Position numbers and translations under genes: made by a program
Shown: piece by piece, positions 47,732 to 56,881 of the stretch
Position numbering within the stretch: position 1 is the stretch's first letter
How the letters are laid out: the number at the start of each line of letters is the position of its first letter
Assembly (NCBI GenBank): GCA_963832165.1
Contig: CAWHTE010000005.1
Location: 160,001 to 224,000 of the forward strand
Source of the DNA: an uncultured delta proteobacterium
Lineage (GTDB): Bacteria > Myxococcota_A > UBA9160 > SMWR01
Direction: 5' to 3'
DNA: 64,000 bases
Notes under the pieces: model-generated
Database searches by the model: none
The model's input: the letters and a program-made list of their open reading frames with translations, nothing else
Told to the model about the DNA's origin: nothing

Positions 47732-48661
47732 GTGGAAGACCGCACGATCGTGCGCGAGCGCGCACAGAACATCTGGGCGAGCTTTGCGCGCAAGTTCGAG
47801 CCGATGGCCCAGGCGTCGCACCTCGAGCCGATGCCGAACCAGGAGCTCGCGCGGATCGGCGGGCTCGCGGACGCGAAGGACGAGATCCAGACCTACGCGA
47901 GCGCGGCCACCAACCCGGACGTCTACGCGCGCTGGGGGACGCATCCGCCCAGCGGCGTGCTGCTATTCGGACAGCGCGGCGTGGGCAAGGAGCTGCTCGC
48001 GCGTTCGCTCGCGAGCCTCACGCAGACGTCGTTCCTCTCGCTCGCGATCCCGAAGCTCGTGCTCGAGGTGGTCCACCGCGGCGGCAAGGTCGGCGAGCTC
48101 GTGGCGGGCTGGTCGACCGCGCTCGCCGAGATGCCGCCGCTCACGGTGCTGTTCGACGAGCTCGAGTTCCTGCAGGCGGAGGAGATCGGCACGCGCCGCC
48201 TCGATCTGCCCGTGGGCCCCGTGATGGATTTCCTGCTCGACATGGTCGATCGCGCGATCGCCGTCGATCACGTGCTCGTGCTGGGATCCACGTCGCACCC
48301 GGGCACGCTGCGCCGCGCGTTTACGCAGCCCGGGCGGCTCGAGCGCGTGGTCGAGGTGAGTCCGAGCTATCCCGGCGACATCATCGAGGCGCTGCGCATC
48401 CACGCCGCCGACGCGGAGAAGCTCGCCGGGCGTTCGCTCTTCGATCAGATCAACTGGGAACAGATCGTGTCGAGCGTGCCGATCCGACCGATGCCGGGCG
48501 ACTGGGTGCACATCCTCCACTCGGTGCTGCGCCGCAAGGCGCGCTGCGAGGCGGCGGGAGACGGCGTCACGCCCGTCACCACGGCCGACTTCCACGAGGA
48601 GGTCGAGCGGTTCCAGAAGGCGAGCAGCCGGCTCGCGACGCCCACCGGGAACTACGTCTAG
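47732..48661 (+). CDS. Divergent AAA-family ATPase
   Basis: IGGL..AKDEI, PSGVLLFGQRGVGKE, LFDELE, PGRLER. Confidence 0.75.
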   Translation: MEDRTIVRERAQNIWASFARKFEPMAQASHLEPMPNQELARIGGLADAKDEIQTYASAATNPDVYARWGTHPPSGVLLFGQRGVGKELLARSLASLTQTSFLSLAIPKLVLEVVHRGGKVGELVAGWSTALAEMPPLTVLFDELEFLQAEEIGTRRLDLPVGPVMDFLLDMVDRAIAVDHVLVLGSTSHPGTLRRAFTQPGRLERVVEVSPSYPGDIIEALRIHAADAEKLAGRSLFDQINWEQIVSSVPIRPMPGDWVHILHSVLRRKARCEAAGDGVTPVTTADFHEEVERFQKASSRLATPTGNYV

Positions 48662-48669
48662 GCCACCCC

Positions 48670-49758
48670 ATGGATACCTGGCTCGTCACGGGCGGCGCCG
48701 GATTCATCGGCTGCAACTTCGTGCGCATGGCGCTCGCCAAAACCCGCGCGCACATCGTCGTGCTCGACAAGCTCACCTACGCGGGCAACCTCGCCAATCT
48801 GGCCGATTTCACCTCCGACCGGCGCTTCTCGTTCGTGCGCGCCGACATCGCCGACCGCGAGGCGGTCGCGGGCGCATTCCGCGAGCACCGGCCGAGCGCC
48901 CTGCTCAACTTCGCCGCCGAATCCCACGTCGACCGCTCGATCGATGCTCCCGCCGATTTCGTGCGCACGAACGTGACCGGCACGTTCGAGCTGCTCGAGG
49001 CGGCGCGCCATCACCTCGCAGGCGCCGACGCGGACACACGAGCGCGCTTCCGCTTCCTGCACGTCTCCACGGACGAGGTCTACGGCTCGCTCGGCGAGAC
49101 GGGCGCGTTCTCCGAGACGACGCCCTACGAGCCCAACTCGCCCTACTCCGCCTCCAAGGCCGGCGCCGACCACCTCGTGCGCGCCTATCACGCGACCTAC
49201 GGAATCCCCGTGCTGATCACGAACTGCTCGAACAACTACGGCCCCTACCAGTTCCCCGAGAAGCTGATCCCGCTCATGATCCTGAACGCGCTCGAGGGAC
49301 AGCCGCTGCCGATCTACGGCGACGGCCGCAACGTGCGCGATTGGCTCTACGTCGACGACCACTGCGAGGGCATTCTGCTCGCGCTCGAGCGCGGGCAGCC
49401 CGGGCAGAAGTACAACCTGGGCGGCTTCGGCGAGCGCACGAACCTCGAGATCGTCGATGCGCTGTGCGCAGAGCTCGAGCGCGTGCATCCGGCCGCGAGC
49501 AATCCCGCGATCGCGGGCGCAAGGGCGTACGCGGATCTCAAGCGATTCGTCGCGGACCGCCCCGGACACGACCGGCGTTATGCGATCGACTCGGCGCGCG
49601 CGCAGAAGGAGCTCGGCTGGCGCCCCGCGCACGACCTGTCCCGGGGTCTTGCCGCCACCGTGCGCTGGTACCTCGAGCACCGCGAGTGGTGCGAGGAGGT
49701 ACAGTCAGGGCGGTATCGCCGCGAGCGGCTCGGACTCCGGCACGGGACGCGCCCCTAG
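48670..49758 (+). CDS. rfbB: dTDP-glucose 4,6-dehydratase
   Basis: TGGAGFIG, DKLTYAGN, AAESHVDRS, STDEVYG, YSASK, DRPGHDRRY. Confidence 0.97.
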   Translation: MDTWLVTGGAGFIGCNFVRMALAKTRAHIVVLDKLTYAGNLANLADFTSDRRFSFVRADIADREAVAGAFREHRPSALLNFAAESHVDRSIDAPADFVRTNVTGTFELLEAARHHLAGADADTRARFRFLHVSTDEVYGSLGETGAFSETTPYEPNSPYSASKAGADHLVRAYHATYGIPVLITNCSNNYGPYQFPEKLIPLMILNALEGQPLPIYGDGRNVRDWLYVDDHCEGILLALERGQPGQKYNLGGFGERTNLEIVDALCAELERVHPAASNPAIAGARAYADLKRFVADRPGHDRRYAIDSARAQKELGWRPAHDLSRGLAATVRWYLEHREWCEEVQSGRYRRERLGLRHGTRP

Positions 49759-49774
49759 CTCGCGAGGAGGAACC

Positions 49775-50371
49775 ATGCGAAGACTGCTCCTGGGAATCGC
49801 GCTGTCGAGCGCGCTCGCGCTGCCGGCGCTGGCCGCGTTGAAAGAGGGCGAGGCCGCGCCCACCTTCACGGCCCGCGTGTCGGTGGCCGGTAAGGAATCA
49901 AACTTCTCGCTCACGGACGCACTCGGGAAGGGACCCGTCGTGGTCTACTTCTATCCGTCGGCGTACACGACCGGCTGCAATCTCGAGGCCCACGCGTTCG
50001 CGACCCAGATGGACGCGTTCAAGGCGGCGGGCGTGACCGTGATCGGCGTCTCGCACGACAGTATCTCTCGGCTCAACGACTTCTCCGCCGATCCGAAGTA
50101 CTGCGCGGGCAAGTTCCCCGTCGCCTCCGATCCCGACGGCGCGATCGCGCGGTCGTTCGGTCTCGCGGTGATGGATGCGAAGCCCGGAGCCAAGGACACA
50201 CGCGGTCAGGCGATCGATCACGCGTTCACCGAGCGCACGACGTTTGTGATCGCACCGGGTGGCAAGATCGCGAAGGTCCTCTCGTCCGCCGACGACCGGA
50301 TCGCGCCGTCCGATCACGCGGTCGAGTCGCTGCTGGCCGCGCAGAAGCTCGCGAAGCCCAAGGCCCGCTAG
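49775..50371 (+). CDS. Peroxiredoxin (BCP/PrxQ-like) with signal peptide
   Basis: VVVYFYPSAYTTGCNLEA, GVSHD, ERTTFVI. Confidence 0.88.
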   Translation: MRRLLLGIALSSALALPALAALKEGEAAPTFTARVSVAGKESNFSLTDALGKGPVVVYFYPSAYTTGCNLEAHAFATQMDAFKAAGVTVIGVSHDSISRLNDFSADPKYCAGKFPVASDPDGAIARSFGLAVMDAKPGAKDTRGQAIDHAFTERTTFVIAPGGKIAKVLSSADDRIAPSDHAVESLLAAQKLAKPKAR

Positions 50372-51057
50372 AACAGCGACGGCTGGCGCAGGGGCTCGGG
50401 CACCGCGTCCAGCAGAGCAGCGTCGTCGTTCTCGATCCGATTCACGCGCGTGCCGACCGGGCGCAGCGCGAGCGCATCGGGCGCGAGCGGCGCGAGCAGC
50501 TCCGCGAGCGAGGCGACGTCGCGCGTGGGGTCGAGCCACGCCGCGTAGGTATCGGGCGCGAGGATCGCGGGCATGCGGTCGTGCAGCTCGGCGATGCGCG
50601 CGTTCGCGGCCGTGGTCAGCAGCGCACAGGTCTCGAGCCGCGCACCGCCCGGGGCGATCCAGCGCTCCCAGAGTCCCGCGATGCCGAGCGGCGCGCCGTC
50701 GCTCGGCGCGATCCAGTACGGCTGCCGGAAGTCGCCGCGGTCGGCCCACTCATAGAAGCCGCTCGCGGGAACGATGCAGCGCCGTGCGCGGAACGCGTCG
50801 CGGAACGCGGGGCGCACCGCGGCCGTCTCCGAGCGTGCGTTGATGAGCGCCGCGCCGGCCGCCTCCGGACCCGACCACGCGGGCACGAGCCCCCAGCGCA
50901 GCAGTCCCGCGGCGCGCTCTCCGCCGTCCGCGCGGATCGCGAGCACGTGTTGGCCCGGCGCGATGTTGAAGCGCGGCGCGCAGTCCGGCGGCGCACCGAG
51001 CCCGAAACGCTCTGCGAGCGACTCGGGAGTGGAGGTCAGCGTGAATCGGCCACACAT
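50368..51057 (-). CDS. SOS response-associated peptidase (SRAP/HMCES/YedK)
   Basis: MCGRF, NIAPGQ, INARSET, GFYEW, HDRMP. Confidence 0.93.
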   Translation of the reverse strand: MCGRFTLTSTPESLAERFGLGAPPDCAPRFNIAPGQHVLAIRADGGERAAGLLRWGLVPAWSGPEAAGAALINARSETAAVRPAFRDAFRARRCIVPASGFYEWADRGDFRQPYWIAPSDGAPLGIAGLWERWIAPGGARLETCALLTTAANARIAELHDRMPAILAPDTYAAWLDPTRDVASLAELLAPLAPDALALRPVGTRVNRIENDDAALLDAVPEPLRQPSLF

Positions 51058-51245
51058 AGACTCGCACCCAGACTACCGATTCTGGGAAGCGCGGCGCCCC
51101 GAGCTGCCGGCTCGTGATGTACGCAACTCGTGCGCAGTCAGATCGCGCAACGCGCCGCGCGAGCGGACCGACTCGGCGATTGCGCTGACCGCGCACGTTT
51201 CTTGCACCAGCGGAGCGCACACCTGGAATCCCGGGAGGACCCTCC

Positions 51246-52769
51246 ATGCGCCGAGCTCGCAGCCTTGCGATCACCCTCGTCACGCTCAGCGCCGCGCACA
51301 CGCTCGGCTGCTGGTCCGTTCACAAACGCGAGAACGACCTCGACCGATCGCCCGTGGTCAACCACGGCGCCGGCGCGACCGTCATCTACCCGGGCGGGAA
51401 CGCACCGATGCATCCGGGCAACTTCCATCCTCGCGAGGCCGGCTACGGACAGGGCGTGCTGTCGCAGCCGGGCGCTCCGCCGAACACCTACGCACCGGGC
51501 GCGGCACCCAGCTACAAGCCCGGTTCAGCGCCCGCTCCCGCACCCGCACCGACTTCCGGAAACTATCCCGTGCCGCAGAACGCGGTCGCGCGCAACGTGG
51601 CCGTGCCGCCGCCCGAGTTCGGCTCGGGCAACGGCAGTGCGAGCAGCAGCGGATCCGCGGCGCCGCGCGGCGCAGGGGTCGCGATGCTCGGCGGCACCGA
51701 GATCGAAGAGACGCAGCACATCAAGATCAACGAAGAGCCCAAGTGGCTCAAGTACATCGCGCTGCCGTTCGTGGCGCTCGCGGCGCCGATCAAGTACGGC
51801 GCCGACAAGATGGCGGGCGACCCCGCGCCTGCGCCGACCGTGCCGCGCAACGAGCACCAGGCGCGGCCCGAGCTCCAGACCGCGCCCGCGCCGACCGACT
51901 ACGAGACCACGCGACTCCAGGGCATGGAGCGCGAGCTGGCCCAGCGCGGGGCCACACCGCCGCCCGCGCCGAGCGCAGCGACACCGGCGCCCGTCGCACC
52001 CGGCTCGAGCTTCTCGGACGAGCTCGCGGCGCTGCGCCGCCGCGCCAATCCCGCGCCTGCCCAGCCCGTGCAGCCCGTGCAGCCGACTCAGCCCATGCCG
52101 CCGGTGCAGCCCACACAGGCGCCCCTGCCCCCGGTCTCGGCGCCGCCCGTGATCGCGGCCGCGAACCCCGCGCCACCCGTTGCCACCCCGAGCACCGGCC
52201 AGGTCGATCGCGACGGCGACGGCCGCACCGACCACTGGATCACGCGCGAGAACGGCGCGATCGCGCGCGAGGTATTCGACGAGAACTTCGACGGCAGACC
52301 CGACCGCACGCTCGTCTACGATCCCGCGTCGCACCAGGTGGTGCAGCTCGAAGAGGACGCCAACTTCGACGGCAGAAGCGATGCGTTCACGGCGCTGCGC
52401 GGCGGACAGGTGATCGGACGGCGCGTCGACGGCAATGGCGATGGCCAGATCGATTCGTGGAGCATCTACCGCGCCGGCGTGATCACGCGCCTCGAGCGCG
52501 ACGCGAACGGCGATGGCTTCCGCGACCACGTCGCCTACTATCAGGAAGGCCGCCTCGCGCGCGAGGAGCGCGACGACGACGGCGACGGCCGCACCGACCT
52601 GATCAGCTACTTCGACCAGGGCGAGCGCGTCTCGCGCGTCGAAGAGGACTCGAACGGCGATGGCGAGATGGACGTGGTCTCCCACTACGAGAACGGCCGC
52701 CTCGCGCGCCGCGAGGTGCTCGACGCATCGGTGCTGAGCGCGAACCCGCCGGAAGCGGATCCCAAGTAG
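51246..52769 (+). CDS. Pro-rich lipoprotein with C-terminal DxDxDG repeats
   Basis: Lipobox TLGC; about seven DxNxDGxxD units. Confidence 0.75.
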   Translation: MRRARSLAITLVTLSAAHTLGCWSVHKRENDLDRSPVVNHGAGATVIYPGGNAPMHPGNFHPREAGYGQGVLSQPGAPPNTYAPGAAPSYKPGSAPAPAPAPTSGNYPVPQNAVARNVAVPPPEFGSGNGSASSSGSAAPRGAGVAMLGGTEIEETQHIKINEEPKWLKYIALPFVALAAPIKYGADKMAGDPAPAPTVPRNEHQARPELQTAPAPTDYETTRLQGMERELAQRGATPPPAPSAATPAPVAPGSSFSDELAALRRRANPAPAQPVQPVQPTQPMPPVQPTQAPLPPVSAPPVIAAANPAPPVATPSTGQVDRDGDGRTDHWITRENGAIAREVFDENFDGRPDRTLVYDPASHQVVQLEEDANFDGRSDAFTALRGGQVIGRRVDGNGDGQIDSWSIYRAGVITRLERDANGDGFRDHVAYYQEGRLAREERDDDGDGRTDLISYFDQGERVSRVEEDSNGDGEMDVVSHYENGRLARREVLDASVLSANPPEADPK

Positions 52770-53272
52770 TGCCGCGAACCCCGGTCCAGGCGTTCGCGTT
52801 CCTGTTCGGGCTCTGGCTCGCGCTGTGGTTCTCGCCGTTCGGCGCGCGCGGCGAGACGGCGACGGGCGCGTTCGGAGGCCTCGAGGCATCGCTGCACCAC
52901 GGAGTGAACGCGGTGCGCGCCCAGCAGCACCTGATCCCGCTCGAGCGCCGCCCCGAGCTCGACGCGGTCGCGCTCGCGCACAGCCAGGACATGGTCGCGC
53001 GCCACTTCTTCGCGCACGAGAGCCCGGAGGGGCACAACGCGCTCAACCGGCTCGAGAGCGCGCGCGTCGAGGGCTTCTCGCTCGCGGCGGAGAACATCGG
53101 CATCACCGACCGGCCCGATTCCAACCGCGAGATCCTGCGCGCGTGGATCGAGTCCGAGGTGCACCGCACCAACCTGTTCGCGCCGCCGTTCAACGCCACG
53201 GGGATCGGCATTGCGCGCGCGCCCAACGGGTCGCTGGTCTACACGCAGCTCTACGTCACGTATCCGCGGTAG
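52769..53272 (+). CDS. CAP/SCP-domain protein
   Basis: HSQDM..FFAH, AENI, W..S..HRTN, GIG..YTQLY. Confidence 0.85.
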   Translation: MPRTPVQAFAFLFGLWLALWFSPFGARGETATGAFGGLEASLHHGVNAVRAQQHLIPLERRPELDAVALAHSQDMVARHFFAHESPEGHNALNRLESARVEGFSLAAENIGITDRPDSNREILRAWIESEVHRTNLFAPPFNATGIGIARAPNGSLVYTQLYVTYPR

Positions 53273-53284
53273 CATCGCGGGCCC

Positions 53285-54154
53285 GTGAAGGTCCATCTCG
53301 TCGACGGCACCTACGAGCTGTTCCGCCACTTCTTCGCGCTGCCCTCGCACACGCGCGCGGACGGGCAGGAGGTGGCCGCCGTGCGCGGCGTGCTCGCGTC
53401 GCTAGTCGGCCTGCTCGAGGAAGGAGCGACCCACGTGGGCGTCGCGACCGACCACGTGATCGAGTCGTTCCGCAACGACCTCTACCCGCACTACAAGACC
53501 GGCGCGGGCATCGACCCCGCACTGCGCTCCCAGTTCGAGCCGCTCGAGGAGGCGCTTGCCGCGGCGGGCTTCGCGGTCTGGCCGCTCGTCGAGTACGAGG
53601 CCGACGACGGCCTCGCTGCGGCCGCCGCCCTCGCCGCGGCCGATCCGCGCGTCGAGCGCGTGCTGATCTGCACGCCCGACAAGGACCTCGCGCAGTGCGT
53701 GATCGGCACGCGCGTGCAGCTCTTCGACCGGCGCCAGCGCGTGGCGCTCGATGCAGCGGGCGTGCGCGCGAAGTTCGGCGTCGACCCCGAATCGATTCCC
53801 GACTATCTCGCGCTCGTGGGCGACAGCGCCGACGGCTTCCCGGGGCTGCCCGGGTGGGGCGCGAAATCGGCGGCCGCCGTGATCGGCCACTACGGCCACC
53901 TCGAGAAGATCCCGGCGTCGCCCCAGGACTGGGCCGTGCCCGTGCGCGGCGCGGCCAAGCTCGCGGCCACGCTCGAGGCGCAGCGCGCCGATGCGCTGCT
54001 GTTCCGGCGGCTGGCCACGCTCGCGCGCGAGGGACCCGCCGTGGGCGCGCTCGACGACTGGCTCTGGCGTGGCCCGACCCCGGCGTTCGCGGAGATCGCG
54101 GCCGGGCTCGGGGCGCAGGCGCTCGCGGTGCGCCTCGCGCGGCTCGCGCGTTAG
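53285..54154 (+). CDS. Stand-alone 5'-3' exonuclease/flap endonuclease
   Basis: LVDG, FRNDLY..YK, EADD, DKDLAQ, LVGDSADG.PG. Confidence 0.92.
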   Translation: MKVHLVDGTYELFRHFFALPSHTRADGQEVAAVRGVLASLVGLLEEGATHVGVATDHVIESFRNDLYPHYKTGAGIDPALRSQFEPLEEALAAAGFAVWPLVEYEADDGLAAAAALAAADPRVERVLICTPDKDLAQCVIGTRVQLFDRRQRVALDAAGVRAKFGVDPESIPDYLALVGDSADGFPGLPGWGAKSAAAVIGHYGHLEKIPASPQDWAVPVRGAAKLAATLEAQRADALLFRRLATLAREGPAVGALDDWLWRGPTPAFAEIAAGLGAQALAVRLARLAR

Positions 54155-55011
54155 TGCAGCGACGAGAGCGTGGCCGTGGTCCGGCGGTCGTCCCAGTAGA
54201 TGTCGATCGGGGCGGACGCGTCGAGGTGCGCGGGCAGCACCGCATAGCCGAGCACACGCTGGCCCGCGGCGAGATCCCCCAGCGCACCGTCGATCACGCC
54301 GAGCTGATCGGGATTCGCGGGATCGGGGTGGAATGCGACGTGGCCCTGCACGAAGGTGAGATTGGCGTGGATCGCGCCCGCCTTGCGCGCTTCGGCGCGA
54401 AACACCACGACCGGGCCGCGCTGTCCGCCGCCCTGGGTCGCTAGCGCCGCATGCACGCGCTGCTCGAACAGCGCCGAGCGCGCGAGCTGGAGCATCGCGG
54501 TGCGCTCGCCGTCGGCGCTGAAGCGCGACACGGCCGCCGGAGCGACCGACTGCGTGAGCGCGACGATCTCGTCGAGGTCCTCGACGTCGCTCGGCGTCAG
54601 CGCGAGGTCGAGCCTGCGCGCGGCCGCGGGTGTGAGTGCTGCGACCTGGGTGGGCGCCGTCGGAGGCGCCGCGGGCGCGGTCGCCGGTACGGGTGCCGTC
54701 GCGGGGGCAGGTGCGGTCGCGGGGCTCGGCGGCGCCGAGGGCGGGACCCCCGACTCGACGAGGTTGTAGGGATTGTTCGGATCCGCGAGCCGGTTGAAGC
54801 GCTCCCAGCCATACGGGCGCGGCAGAAGCTCGGGCTGGAGCGGCGGGAGGTCCTGGGGGTCGACGCGCTTGGCCTCGCGACACGGAATTGCGTCGGCGCT
54901 CTGAACGATGAAGATGCTGCCATCCGGGCACACGCCGCTGATCGCGGCAGCGGCCGGGGCGGCGGCGAGCAGGGTCGCGAACGCGCTCAAGAGGCTCGGT
55001 CGGATCGGCAT
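54151..55011 (-). CDS. Secreted hypothetical protein
   Basis: Signal peptide, GVCPDGS..IPC, Pro/Ala linker. Confidence 0.7.
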   Translation of the reverse strand: MPIRPSLLSAFATLLAAAPAAAAISGVCPDGSIFIVQSADAIPCREAKRVDPQDLPPLQPELLPRPYGWERFNRLADPNNPYNLVESGVPPSAPPSPATAPAPATAPVPATAPAAPPTAPTQVAALTPAAARRLDLALTPSDVEDLDEIVALTQSVAPAAVSRFSADGERTAMLQLARSALFEQRVHAALATQGGGQRGPVVVFRAEARKAGAIHANLTFVQGHVAFHPDPANPDQLGVIDGALGDLAAGQRVLGYAVLPAHLDASAPIDIYWDDRRTTATLSSLH

Positions 55012-55184
55012 GGCGGGACACCTCTCAGCGTCCAGTCTACCTTGAAAAATAAAGCAAAATCAATGGGATACGAGCCAGATGTCGCGCGATTTCGAGGCGC
55101 GATCTTTCCCGCGTGCGCTCGCCTGCTTGGCGCGGGTTCTGCGCGCGGCTGAACCCTCGCGGATCGCCGCGCAACCCCGTGCGT

Positions 55185-55820
55185 TTAGTGCGTGGTGAGC
55201 GGGGCGAGCTCGATGTCGTCGACGTCGTCTTCGCCGAGGTCGTCGTCGGGCAGCGCGGGCAGCGCGGGCGCCGCCACTTCCTCGACCTCGCCCGCCTCCG
55301 GGAGCGCCTCGATCGCGCGCAGCGCGGGCAGATCGCCGAGCTTCGCAAGACCGAACACCTCGAGGAAACGGCGCGACGTGGCGTACACGATCGGGCGACC
55401 CGGCACCTCGCGGTGTCCCGCGATGCGCGCGAGCTGGCGGTCGAGCAGGCTTCGCAGCACCGCGCCCGCATCGACGCCTCGGACGTGCTCGATCTCCGCG
55501 CGCGTGACGGGCTGGCGATACGCGATCACCGCGAGCGTCTCGAGCGCTGCGGGCGAAAGCCGCAGCGGACGCGTCGTCTGGATCTCGCGCAGGTAGGGAG
55601 CGAACTCCGGCAGGGAGCGCAGCTGGTAGCCGCCCGCCACCTCCCAGATCTCGAACGCGCGTCGCTGCTCGGCGTATTCCGCGTTGAGCTCGTCGACGAT
55701 CGCGCGTACCTGGGACGGATTGCACGACGGCAGCACCCCGGCGATCCGCGCGGGCGGCATCGGCTCGTTCGATGCGAGGATGATCGCTTCGACGATGCGG
55801 CGCTCCTGCTCACGTTCCAT
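55185..55820 (-). CDS. scpB: Segregation and condensation protein B
   Basis: VAGGYQL, LSPAALETLAVIAYRQPVTRAEIEHVRGV, PGRP..Y. Confidence 0.95.
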   Translation of the reverse strand: MEREQERRIVEAIILASNEPMPPARIAGVLPSCNPSQVRAIVDELNAEYAEQRRAFEIWEVAGGYQLRSLPEFAPYLREIQTTRPLRLSPAALETLAVIAYRQPVTRAEIEHVRGVDAGAVLRSLLDRQLARIAGHREVPGRPIVYATSRRFLEVFGLAKLGDLPALRAIEALPEAGEVEEVAAPALPALPDDDLGEDDVDDIELAPLTTH

Positions 55821-55876
55821 CGGTTCTCCTCTTCGCGCGGCGGATTGCGCCCTTCGGGCCGATCCGCCCTAGGTCG

Positions 55877-56746
55877 TTACATCAGCTCGGAGACGCGCTG
55901 CTCCCAGTCGCTCGCGCCGCCCTCGCCGCGCCGGCGCACGTGGATCGCGCCGTGCGGGGCACCGAGCTCGTCCACCCCCTGATACAGGCCGATCGCCTCG
56001 AGCCGCGTGAGCTCGAGGATGGCGAGGAACGTGGCGACGATCAGTCCGCGCGAGAGCGGTGCATCGCCCGCGAGCAGGTCTTCGAACTCGCACGCCTCGC
56101 GCGAGGTGAGCGCCCCCATCACCGCCACCATGCGCTCGCGCACGGTGATCGTCTCGACCTCCACCTCGTGCGCCGCGCCGGTGTGTCCCCCGCGCGCGAG
56201 CGCGCGGCGCATCGCGTCGACGAGCTCGAACAGCCCGACCTCGATCTCGCGCTCGGCCTCGGGCAGAGGCTCGACGCCCTGCGCGTGCGCGGAGAACACG
56301 TCGCGCCCGAGCAGCTGGCGGTCGCCGATCTCGCCCGCGACCTCCTTGAAGCGCTGGTACTCGAGCAGGCGCGCCACGAGCTCCGCGCGCGGGTCGATGT
56401 CCTTGTCCGCGATCGCGCTCGGATCCGGCGGCAGGAGCATCCGCGACTTGATCCAGGCCAGCGTCGCCGCCATCACGAGGTATTCGCCCGCGATGTCGAG
56501 CTGGAGGTCGCGCATGAGCTCGAGGTATTCGAGGTACTGCTCGGCGATCCGCGCGATCGGGATGTCGGTGATGTCGACTTCGTCGATCCGGATCAGGTGC
56601 AGCAGGAGGTCGAGCGGGCCCTCGAAGATCGGCAGCTTCACGGCGCACGTGGAGGCGCCAGCCGACCACTCGCGCTCGATCGCGTCGGTGGCTCCCGCAA
56701 GAGAATCGGGCGTTCCGTCCGAAGGGGGCGGACCCGCGGTTGTCAT
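55877..56746 (-). CDS. scpA: Segregation and condensation protein A
   Basis: FEGPLDLLLHLI, YLVMAATLAWIKSRMLLP, TFLAILEL. Confidence 0.95.
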   Translation of the reverse strand: MTTAGPPPSDGTPDSLAGATDAIEREWSAGASTCAVKLPIFEGPLDLLLHLIRIDEVDITDIPIARIAEQYLEYLELMRDLQLDIAGEYLVMAATLAWIKSRMLLPPDPSAIADKDIDPRAELVARLLEYQRFKEVAGEIGDRQLLGRDVFSAHAQGVEPLPEAEREIEVGLFELVDAMRRALARGGHTGAAHEVEVETITVRERMVAVMGALTSREACEFEDLLAGDAPLSRGLIVATFLAILELTRLEAIGLYQGVDELGAPHGAIHVRRRGEGGASDWEQRVSELM

Positions 56747-56881
56747 GCTCACTCCGGCACAGGCTCGGCGGAGGGGGGAGGCGCGATCGAGTATCGGAGA
56801 TCGGATCCGCCGAGGCAAGCGCCCGGATGCGCGTGAAAAATTTGCGCGCGAGCCCGCGCGAACGCTTACCCTGCGGCCCCG

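Noticed and set aside
52060..52700. Short tandem DNA repeats (cagcccgtg; gacggcgacggc)
   Set aside because: Explained by coding QPV and DxDxDG protein repeats.
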